10,719 bases of DNA from Candidatus Hermodarchaeota archaeon (GTDB taxonomy: Archaea > Asgardarchaeota > Thorarchaeia > Thorarchaeales > Thorarchaeaceae): positions 1 to 10,719 of the forward strand of contig JBHLLF010000073.1 of assembly GCA_048885865.1 (NCBI GenBank), read 5' to 3'. Below the pieces are notes generated by a model, which did no database searches, was not told the DNA's origin, and was given only the letters and a program-made list of their open reading frames with translations. The translations under genes were made by a program, and so were the position numbers. How positions within the stretch are numbered: position 1 is the stretch's first letter; each line of letters opens with the position of its first letter. This document shows, piece after piece, positions 1 through 7,009 of the stretch.

Positions 1-8
1 TTGAGGAT

Positions 9-665
9 ATGGAAACTAGAATTGTCAGATCCAAATATGTCTACAAGATTTGTATCATTGGACCTGAGAGTGTAGGTAAGACCAGTACCGTTAACAGATG
101 GGCTCATGGCTGGTTCAGGCATGACTATAAATCAACTGTGGGCGTCCAGCATTCTAGTCGCGACTTGACACTGGGAAGGGGGAAGAAAAAGGCACCAATC
201 AAATTAATCCTGTGGGACATGGCAGGACAAGATGTCTTCAAAGAACTTCGCAAATCGTTCTATGATGGAGCAACTGGTTTGGTACTCATGTGTGACATCA
301 CAAGAAAACGAACCTTCAATCAGCTACCGAAATGGCTCAAGGAAGCTGAGGAGAATATCGGAGGGAAAGTGCCAGTAGTGGTAGTCGCCAATAAGGTTGA
401 CAAGAAACCGCACCGCGTTGAAGAGAAGGACATCAATAATTTTGCCAAGAAACTCGGAGCCCCCTATGTCATGACAAGTGCCCTTGATGGTTCAAATATC
501 ACTGATCTCTTTGAGATTATTGGCAAAATGGTGCACGAGGAATCGCAAAGCATAGTGCGGAGAAGACATAATTGGTGGAAAGAACTGAAGGGGATCACTT
601 CACCTCCGAAGCCCTTGCAATCCTCTCTGGGTGGCAAAAAGAAGAAGTCGTCTAAAGAAACTTGA
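9..665 (+). CDS. Rab-like (Ras superfamily) small GTPase with a basic/aromatic C-terminal extension
   Basis: All G boxes are present: G1 GPESVGKTS, G2 YKSTVG, G3 LWDMAGQ, G4 NKVD, G5 TSAL. Rab-family-like segments KLILWD, FKELRKSFYDGA and LMCDIT. GAGG lies just upstream of the ATG. No C-terminal Cys. Confidence 0.95.
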   Translation: METRIVRSKYVYKICIIGPESVGKTSTVNRWAHGWFRHDYKSTVGVQHSSRDLTLGRGKKKAPIKLILWDMAGQDVFKELRKSFYDGATGLVLMCDITRKRTFNQLPKWLKEAEENIGGKVPVVVVANKVDKKPHRVEEKDINNFAKKLGAPYVMTSALDGSNITDLFEIIGKMVHEESQSIVRRRHNWWKELKGITSPPKPLQSSLGGKKKKSSKET

Positions 666-1458
666 TGACCTCATCCAGGCTGTTTACAGAAATGTCTGCT
701 TTTTGATTTTGGCCTTGAGAATCAAACTGTACAATATTACCCGGGTCGCGATTCACTAGTATCGTGGTCATTCCGGCAGCATTGCCGCCCGCAATGTCTG
801 AGGCAGGATTGTCACCCACCATTACCGCATCATCAGCGTTGTAACCTAGAATAGCAACTGTTTCAGTGAAAATCTCCGGAAGAGGCTTTCCAACAACAAC
901 CGAAGTGACGCCAGTGGCATGTTCAATAGCCGCTACAATCGAACGTTCTCCAATGTAGACATCCTCAGTTCCGAGATATACTCCCCCATAATCGTAGCTG
1001 CCGCTGATACAGATGAGTTGTGCACCGTCTCGAACCATCTTCGTCGCAAAGTTGAGTTCTGCATAAGTGAGACCTCGATCTGCTGCAACAGCCACAAAAT
1101 CAATTGGTGGATTATTAGTCACGTTCAGGCCTCTTGCCACAAAGTCCTCAGTGGCTCCACCCTCACTGATAACGAAGCAACGGGCACCAGGTGACCGATT
1201 ATGTACATAAGCCGCTGCCGCCGCGCCAGCGCTGAAGGTCTTCTCGAGCTCAATCCCAAATCCCACTGATTCCAGTACATCACGAATCTGTCGAGAAGAT
1301 AGACGCCCTACATTGGTGAGAATGGCAATCGTCTTTCGTTTTTCCCTTAATGCATTCCAGAGATTCATTGCATCTTCAAATACATCAGGATGTTCGACAT
1401 CGCGAATGAGGGTGTTGTCCACATCAAATAGCCAAAGGCTCTTCTCACGAATACCCAT
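652..1458 (-). CDS. HAD-superfamily subfamily IIA (NagD-like) phosphatase
   Basis: Motif I FDVDNTL, motif II LTN, motif III VVGKP, motif IV MVGDNPASDIAGG. Start placed at ATG 1458, downstream of a CAGGTG RBS; the track's GTG at 1467 overlaps that RBS. Overlaps the GTPase 3' end by 14 nt (convergent). Confidence 0.9.
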   Translation of the reverse strand: MGIREKSLWLFDVDNTLIRDVEHPDVFEDAMNLWNALREKRKTIAILTNVGRLSSRQIRDVLESVGFGIELEKTFSAGAAAAAYVHNRSPGARCFVISEGGATEDFVARGLNVTNNPPIDFVAVAADRGLTYAELNFATKMVRDGAQLICISGSYDYGGVYLGTEDVYIGERSIVAAIEHATGVTSVVVGKPLPEIFTETVAILGYNADDAVMVGDNPASDIAGGNAAGMTTILVNRDPGNIVQFDSQGQNQKADISVNSLDEVIKFL

Positions 1459-1522
1459 CTCAGACACACCTGCCGTTGTGCTTCGTCAATAAAAGAATGT
1501 GACTCCGAGGCTCTGTAGCCTT

Positions 1523-1873
1523 CTATGGTTCTTCTCGCAACGGAATAACACAGATGAAACTGAATACTTCTGTTCCTTCTGTGTTATCATAGCCATGAAG
1601 ATGATCTGGCGGAATGAAAATCACATCATCTTTCTTCGCTACGTCCTTGTTGCTCTCTCCCAAAACCTTGGCTTCACCACTCAGAACGAATATCTCATGC
1701 TCCTCACCGTGGGAATGAAGCGGGATTATGCCTCCAGGCTGCATCTCAAAAAGCCTCATAGCGTATGTCTTTGCACCTGTACGTCTACCAATGAGCCAGC
1801 GCATCGTTGTCTTGGCAACTCCCGGCAAAGGAACTTCTGTTTTCTCGCGTTCTTCGTAGTTCACAACGTACAA
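1523..1873 (-). CDS. Small cupin-domain metalloprotein (Cupin_2, TM1459-like)
   Basis: Cupin motif 1 PLHSHGEEHEIFVLSG and motif 2 DVIFIPPDHLHGYDN, with C-terminal FICVIP. TTG start preceded by GGAGG. Confidence 0.9.
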   Translation of the reverse strand: MYVVNYEEREKTEVPLPGVAKTTMRWLIGRRTGAKTYAMRLFEMQPGGIIPLHSHGEEHEIFVLSGEAKVLGESNKDVAKKDDVIFIPPDHLHGYDNTEGTEVFSFICVIPLREEP

Positions 1874-2050
1874 TTTTCGCAGCCTCCATCTTGATGCTAT
1901 TATTAACCTGTTTGGGCGAATTGCCTCTATAAAGGTCTTAAGTTAGGTACGGCTCTCATTTGCGCCACAGAAAGCTTAATGTGAGGAGCCCTGCAATCAC
2001 CACTATACTGACGATAATCCCGAACGACCAAAATCACAGAAGGGATGCGA

Positions 2051-2572
2051 ATGAGTGACGATGATACATATGTTAGAGCCAAACTGACTGAAATCAATGG
2101 CGCAATTGATCGGCTCACACAGATGCTTAATAGAATGATAGATGTCCTCTCAAAAATCACAGAGGTTCAAGACTCAAACTCCGAGATATCACTAGCAGTT
2201 GCATCCAATAGCGAGAAGCTGGACGAACTCATGGCGAAAATTGAGAATATTTCCGCTTCTGGCCTAGCACGAACTGCAGAAGCGCCAACCCTTCAGCAAA
2301 AAGGAGCTGTTTCGAGTCTGCAGGCCGTACTTGATACTCTGGATTCACAGGTTCGAGAGGGAGTCATTGCCAGCGATTTGTCCATAAAAATCGCTCAAGC
2401 AGCCAGCACTCTCGAGCAAAGGGGAGGACTAGGCCAGCTTGTTGTTAAAATGCAGAGATGGGTAAGAATACTAAAGACATATGGAAGAGTGGATCCCATT
2501 AATCCATCAGACGTTCAGAAACTCAGGAATGATTTGAAGGAGTGGCAAAAGGAAGTAGCTCAAGCACGATAA
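2051..2572 (+). CDS. Hypothetical helical protein: N-terminal coiled coil plus a C-terminal four-helix bundle resembling the Vps28 C-terminal domain
   Basis: Heptad pattern over roughly residues 8-70, then an Ala/Pro/Thr linker. The C-terminal pattern VLDTL...L-x3-IA...KMQRWVRIL-x6-DPI-x7-LRNDL matches the Vps28 CTD pattern by eye. Start is ATG 2045 or 2051. The CDS is well supported; the Vps28 call is tentative. Confidence 0.7.
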   Translation: MSDDDTYVRAKLTEINGAIDRLTQMLNRMIDVLSKITEVQDSNSEISLAVASNSEKLDELMAKIENISASGLARTAEAPTLQQKGAVSSLQAVLDTLDSQVREGVIASDLSIKIAQAASTLEQRGGLGQLVVKMQRWVRILKTYGRVDPINPSDVQKLRNDLKEWQKEVAQAR

Positions 2573-2714
2573 AATGCGCATTTCAAGATGCGCGCGCTTC
2601 CAGAACCATATCCTTATTGCCCTTTAAAAGCGGACAAAATCTGGTGAATACTTAATAGCAGTCCCGGCGAAATTGAACTATCCCTCTGCCGGGAGAATAA
2701 AGGGGTGCGCATTG

Positions 2715-3053
2715 ATGTTGCCTACAGAATGGGAAAGCAGTGTAAGAAAAAGCATAGAACAGTTCCCTCAATCACAGAGAGACAAGATACTGGCAGCTTG
2801 GCATGAATGGCTCCAGACAAACCCTGAATCACCTTATTACAAGAGTTGGTCAGAGTATTCAACCAGAATTGATGATCAAGAAGCGCTCTACACAGAAACG
2901 AGAGTCTATATCAAGAGAGTCACAAATGAGCTTCGAGATTTTGAAGTCCCATTAACCAACTGGCAGAAAATAGCAAAGGCATTAGCTGCCGTTGCGAGCG
3001 TATTTCTTGTAATCTTTCTCGCTCTATCAAGAGTGATGCGCGGGGCTGAGTGA
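2715..3053 (+). CDS. Hypothetical tail-anchored membrane protein (112 aa)
   Basis: AGGGGTG RBS at 2701-2707 before ATG 2715. Trp-rich soluble helical region, then one C-terminal hydrophobic helix (IAKALAAVASVFLVIFLALS, about 2970-3029) and a 7-residue tail RVMRGAE. No N-terminal signal peptide. Confidence 0.75.
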   Translation: MLPTEWESSVRKSIEQFPQSQRDKILAAWHEWLQTNPESPYYKSWSEYSTRIDDQEALYTETRVYIKRVTNELRDFEVPLTNWQKIAKALAAVASVFLVIFLALSRVMRGAE

Positions 3054-3126
3054 TTAGGCAAAATAACTCAACGCCACAGAGAAGCCTACTTATATTGCCT
3101 CTCTGAAGAAATTTACACGAGCAAAG

Positions 3127-4665
3127 GTGTCAATTCTAAAAGCACTGCCAAGGTCTATGCAAGAGAGAATCAATGAGGCAGTGAAAGCAATTCATGCCGC
3201 GGATAAGGTCCTCGCCATCTCTCATATTGACGCTGATGGAATAAGTGCCCTTTCAATCGTTGTGAAAATGCTGGAAAGAGAGGGCAAAGATGTTGCATGG
3301 CAAAACATCCACCAGCTGAATTCAGAAACCATTATTGATGTTGAAGAGCTAATCAAGGAAAGCAAGCCAGATCTCTTGGTTTTCAGCGATTTTGGGACAG
3401 GTCAGATGGGAATAATCCAAAATTCTATCGTGGCAAATGGCAGTGTGGAACGAATAATTGTGCTCGACCATCATCTGCCGAATGAGGACGTTGAGGTGGA
3501 AAGGAGCACTGATTCGCTAATCGAAATCAATCCAAATCAACACGAGCTTGACGGGGGATATGACATATCCGGAGCAGGGATTGCGTTCTTGGTAGCATAT
3601 GCCCTCTCCAAGGAGAATGTAGACCTAACAGAATTGGCAATTGTAGGTGCAACAGGAGATTTGCAGGACTATTACGGCAAAGGTTTCCAAGGAATAAACC
3701 AAGACATTGTCCAGTTAGGCATAGATTCAGGATACATCAAGGTAGGAAAAGACCTCATCTTTTTCGGCATTAATACAAGACCTTTGCCCTACTTGCTTGA
3801 ATATGCCACAGAACCCTATCTTCCAGGAATCACTGGAAATGAGGCAGCATGCTATGGCGTCTTCGAACAACTCAAGATTCCAGTAAAGGATTCTGATGAA
3901 AATTGGAGAATCTGGGCAGGACTACAAAAGAAAGAGAAGCAGACTGTAATCCAATATCTAATCGATTATATAATTGAAGTCTATGGCGACCCAAGAATTG
4001 CGACAGGAATAGTGGGAGATGTCATAACATTAGTCAACCGGCCTGAAGAAACTGAAATGCGTTCGGCAAAGGAATTTTCAACTCTTCTGAATGCTTGTGG
4101 CAGGAATAGACAGCCACATGTGGGAGTCAAGATTTGCCTTGGGGACGAGGATGCGTATCAAGAGGGTACTGCACTTCTGCAGCAGCATCGTGCAAATCTT
4201 GCAGCTGCCTTGAGAAGACTGGAAGAGCACAAGTATACTGAGATGGATGGAATGTACGTCGTCAAGGACCCGCTGACCTCAGATACAATCATTGGCATTG
4301 TCATAGGTATGGCTCAAGGGTCAAGAATCGTGCCGATAGACAAACCAATCATTGGAGTGAGTACCAACAGCACTGAAGAAAGCCAGTTAATCAAGATATC
4401 AGGTCGGGCGAGGCAGAGTCTTGTGAACAAAGGGGTCAACCTCAAAGAATCATTTGTGCGGGCTGGTGAGCAGATTAGTGACGCAATAGGGCAAGAAGTT
4501 GTGGAAGCTGGCGGGCACCCGATGGCAGCGGGGGCATTTGTTCATGCTGACTACATCGATGACTATCTGGACCTAGTCTCGATTGATCTTGTTCTTTCCA
4601 GAATCCTCCCAAGAAGAGATGCACTAATGAAGAAGATTAGAGAAAAAAAGCAGGAAGGGGGATAG
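3127..4665 (+). CDS. recJ: Archaeal RecJ/Cdc45 (GAN-like) DHH-family phosphoesterase/exonuclease with DHHA1 domain
   Basis: DHH motifs SHIDADG, SDFGTG, VLDHH and GATGD; EFSTLLNACGR; DHHA1 motifs KISGR and AGGHPMAAGA. TATA-like CTTATATT at 3089-3096. Confidence 0.9.
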   Translation: MSILKALPRSMQERINEAVKAIHAADKVLAISHIDADGISALSIVVKMLEREGKDVAWQNIHQLNSETIIDVEELIKESKPDLLVFSDFGTGQMGIIQNSIVANGSVERIIVLDHHLPNEDVEVERSTDSLIEINPNQHELDGGYDISGAGIAFLVAYALSKENVDLTELAIVGATGDLQDYYGKGFQGINQDIVQLGIDSGYIKVGKDLIFFGINTRPLPYLLEYATEPYLPGITGNEAACYGVFEQLKIPVKDSDENWRIWAGLQKKEKQTVIQYLIDYIIEVYGDPRIATGIVGDVITLVNRPEETEMRSAKEFSTLLNACGRNRQPHVGVKICLGDEDAYQEGTALLQQHRANLAAALRRLEEHKYTEMDGMYVVKDPLTSDTIIGIVIGMAQGSRIVPIDKPIIGVSTNSTEESQLIKISGRARQSLVNKGVNLKESFVRAGEQISDAIGQEVVEAGGHPMAAGAFVHADYIDDYLDLVSIDLVLSRILPRRDALMKKIREKKQEGG

Positions 4666-4676
4666 GACCCCCTCTG
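4643..4676 (-). terminator. Hairpin plus T7 tract, a likely terminator for the 4-TM gene, overlapping the recJ stop
   Basis: AGGGGG-atagga-CCCCCT inverted repeat at 4656-4673. The A7 run at 4643-4649 reads as T7 just downstream of it on the minus strand. Confidence 0.6.
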
Positions 4677-4698
4677 GAGCGTATACTCTGTGTCGGAA

Positions 4699-5160
4699 TT
4701 AGTATTCCTCAGCTGTGAGTGAAGCTCCAATTATGCCAGGTACGAATAGGAGTGCGAATGACACGCCAAGGTCGATTGCTATGTTCTGTGCCAATGTACC
4801 CATCGCTTCTAGGTCGGTTGCAGATAGTCCCAATGTGAGAACTACATATCCAACAAAGAAGAGGCCAATTGCAATTAGAGATACAAAGAGCATTCTGACA
4901 CCGCTCTTTGAAATGAGTCCGGCGATGAATCCAGCAACCCCAAGAGCCACAAGTGGGGTGTAAATGCCGCTAATTGCAAAAGTGTATGGAAAGATGAGCT
5001 GTCCGAAGAGGACTCCGCCTTGGTATGCCACGATGTCAGTGAGATCTGTGGATCCAATAATTGCCTGCAGGTCTGCAATTGTCAAACCAAGGATTTGAAA
5101 TACACCAATTACGATAGCAACGACTAGCGCAATCACAAGCGCCATAATAGTTCTGAACAT
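4699..5160 (-). CDS. Hypothetical integral membrane protein (about 4 TM helices)
   Basis: Four long hydrophobic stretches with small-residue motifs (AGFIAGLIS, PGIIGA), similar in style to DUF5518-type archaeal membrane proteins. ATG 5160 is preferred over GTG 5172. Confidence 0.8.
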   Translation of the reverse strand: MFRTIMALVIALVVAIVIGVFQILGLTIADLQAIIGSTDLTDIVAYQGGVLFGQLIFPYTFAISGIYTPLVALGVAGFIAGLISKSGVRMLFVSLIAIGLFFVGYVVLTLGLSATDLEAMGTLAQNIAIDLGVSFALLFVPGIIGASLTAEEY

Positions 5161-5274
5161 TGTCGATAACACGTCCTATGTGGGTCAAGTAATAGGTACA
5201 TCTAGCGTGGCGCATCTATGCTTTTATATTTCATGGACAAAGACACTCACTGCTTATAACGAAAAGCGCTAGAC

Positions 5275-5736
5275 TCACTCTTTTTGGGCCATGATTAACG
5301 CGATATCATCGATATTGTCGAACAATATCTCAAGAACTCGAGGAGGAATATCAAATTCGCGAAGTTTCGATGGCTCAATCCACATAGGCTGAGCGTCAGG
5401 ACTCTCAGCTCGTAGCTCAAAAGACAGTGCTTTGCATAGATAGTGGTTGAGAATGAAATGGAATTCGATAGCTCCTTCGTCATCCGGAATAATCAGATCA
5501 GTTGTATTCACGAATTTGATAACTTTGCAATCAATTCCTGTTTCTTCGCGGACCTCTCTCAAAACAGCTTCTTCCTGAGTTTCACCCACATCAACTCCTC
5601 CGCCTGGAAAACTTAGACGCCCTTTTGCAGGCTCTTTGTCTCTTACTACCAGGAGTACTCCCTCAGGTCCAGCCACAATTCCAGCGACACCAGGAATAGG
5701 AAGCTTTGGATAGCGACGACTAGCCAGAATCGACAC
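5275..5736 (-). CDS. Nudix hydrolase (ADP-ribose pyrophosphatase-like)
   Basis: Complete Nudix box GGGVDVGETQEEAVLREVREETG, N-terminal RYPKLPIPGV and EFHFIL. The start may be CTG at 5727 (see findings). Confidence 0.92.
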   Translation of the reverse strand: MSILASRRYPKLPIPGVAGIVAGPEGVLLVVRDKEPAKGRLSFPGGGVDVGETQEEAVLREVREETGIDCKVIKFVNTTDLIIPDDEGAIEFHFILNHYLCKALSFELRAESPDAQPMWIEPSKLREFDIPPRVLEILFDNIDDIALIMAQKE

Positions 5737-5753
5737 CTCATCATCTGAATGTT

Positions 5754-6914
5754 CTAGAACTCTGCCAAGCCAGCTGGCATTGGAATGGTTTCACCGCATC
5801 TTTGACAGATCCATTTTGCGTAGATATCAAATCCCACGGTCGCATCATAGGGATGTCGGACTTCATTGCCACATGAGTTGCATAGAATCTTAACGTATTC
5901 ACGCAATTCAAAGGAAACTCGCCAAGCATTTCTAGAATACTCTAGTAAACCTATTCGGTCATAATGCTTTGCGAGAGCAACCCAAGGAGTGGCAGAAGTA
6001 GGATCCACATGTGTCCATTCTATGAGGCAATTGACGAAGTCTTCATCACGCCCAATCATTGACAACGCATAACATAAACCACGCCAACCTTCCGGAGTGG
6101 ATCCAACTAGAGATTTCGCTCGTTCTAAACAATCATCGCTAGATGTCCTATCAAGCAAATGATTGTAAAGAATTGCTAGGCGCGACAATGCCTCCACATT
6201 CTCCGGATCTTGCTCCAAGACCGTCTGGAAACATTCCCTGGCACCCTCGTGTTCTCCTGACTGGAATCGCAATTCTCCTAAGAGTATCAAGGATCTATAG
6301 TCATCTGGCGCCAGCATATTCGCTCGTCCAACAAAAGGCGCCGCTTCATAAGACCGACCTAGAGTGAGCATGAGGAAAGCGTAGTTCGAGATTGCTGACA
6401 TGAACTCAGGTTCTTGGCGATGCATCGTCGCCCATTGTTCCGCGGCAGCTGTGAAGTCGCCCAACCTGTATAGCGAAAGCGCATAAATTGCTCGGATATC
6501 GAGGTCTTCAGAGAAAGTTTCACAGGCTGAAGCCAATATCTTGACAGTCCTGGCATATTCGCCTTTCTTGAGAAGAACCCAACCCAGATCGGCATAGGGC
6601 TCAGGGGTTTCTGGACCAAGTGAGATTGAACGACTTAGCTCGTTTTCAGCGTCGTCAAACCGTGCAAGTGCGCGGTAGGCGCGACCTAGAAACATTGAAA
6701 GGATGCAGTGTTCTTCAACAAGGTCCTCAGCTCTTTCAAGTACTTCAACTGCTTTATGTGGTTGCTCGGTCTGAACATAGGCGATGCCGAGATACATGAG
6801 AATATCCGCTTCATAATCAAGAGATTCATCAATCAATGGTTCCAGTATAGCGATGGCATCGGTTGGCCGCCCTTCCTCCAAGGCATCCAATGCGAGCTTT
6901 ATACTCTTATCCAT
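5754..6914 (-). CDS. Tetratricopeptide-repeat protein with a C-terminal CxxC...CxxC zinc ribbon
   Basis: Repeated TPR signatures (YLGIAY..., FLGRAY...A, DLGWVL...GEY, LLGEL...GE...A...F...L...P). C-terminal CNSC and CQRC. GGTGA RBS at 6925-6929 favours TTG 6917 or ATG 6914 as the start. Confidence 0.9.
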   Translation of the reverse strand: MDKSIKLALDALEEGRPTDAIAILEPLIDESLDYEADILMYLGIAYVQTEQPHKAVEVLERAEDLVEEHCILSMFLGRAYRALARFDDAENELSRSISLGPETPEPYADLGWVLLKKGEYARTVKILASACETFSEDLDIRAIYALSLYRLGDFTAAAEQWATMHRQEPEFMSAISNYAFLMLTLGRSYEAAPFVGRANMLAPDDYRSLILLGELRFQSGEHEGARECFQTVLEQDPENVEALSRLAILYNHLLDRTSSDDCLERAKSLVGSTPEGWRGLCYALSMIGRDEDFVNCLIEWTHVDPTSATPWVALAKHYDRIGLLEYSRNAWRVSFELREYVKILCNSCGNEVRHPYDATVGFDIYAKWICQRCGETIPMPAGLAEF

Positions 6915-6971
6915 CAATTCATGATCACCGATCAAGTTACGCAATTCGCTCTAACATCCGCAGTGGCTCAT

Positions 6972-6984
6972 ATCATATTATAAG
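6972..6984. promoter_or_regulatory. Putative bidirectional TATA element between the divergent TPR and PRMT-like genes
   Basis: ATATTATAAG contains the palindromic TTATAA (6978-6983), about 27 nt upstream of ATG 7010 (leaderless geometry), within a 95-nt intergenic region. Confidence 0.5.
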
Positions 6985-7009
6985 AACCTCTGGATATGGC
7001 AATTTGACG

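Noticed and set aside
919-1894. Plus-strand ORFs 919-1194 and 1499-1894
   Set aside because: Antisense shadows of the HAD and cupin genes, with no recognisable motifs.
1927-2160. Minus-strand 77-aa ORF
   Set aside because: Overlaps the start and promoter of the 2051 gene; its hydrophobicity is explained as antisense of a coiled-coil sequence.
2051-2260. SNARE motif in the N-terminal coiled coil
   Set aside because: The length is suitable, but I cannot identify a convincing central Q/R zero layer, and there is no adjacent TM helix; treated as a generic coiled coil.
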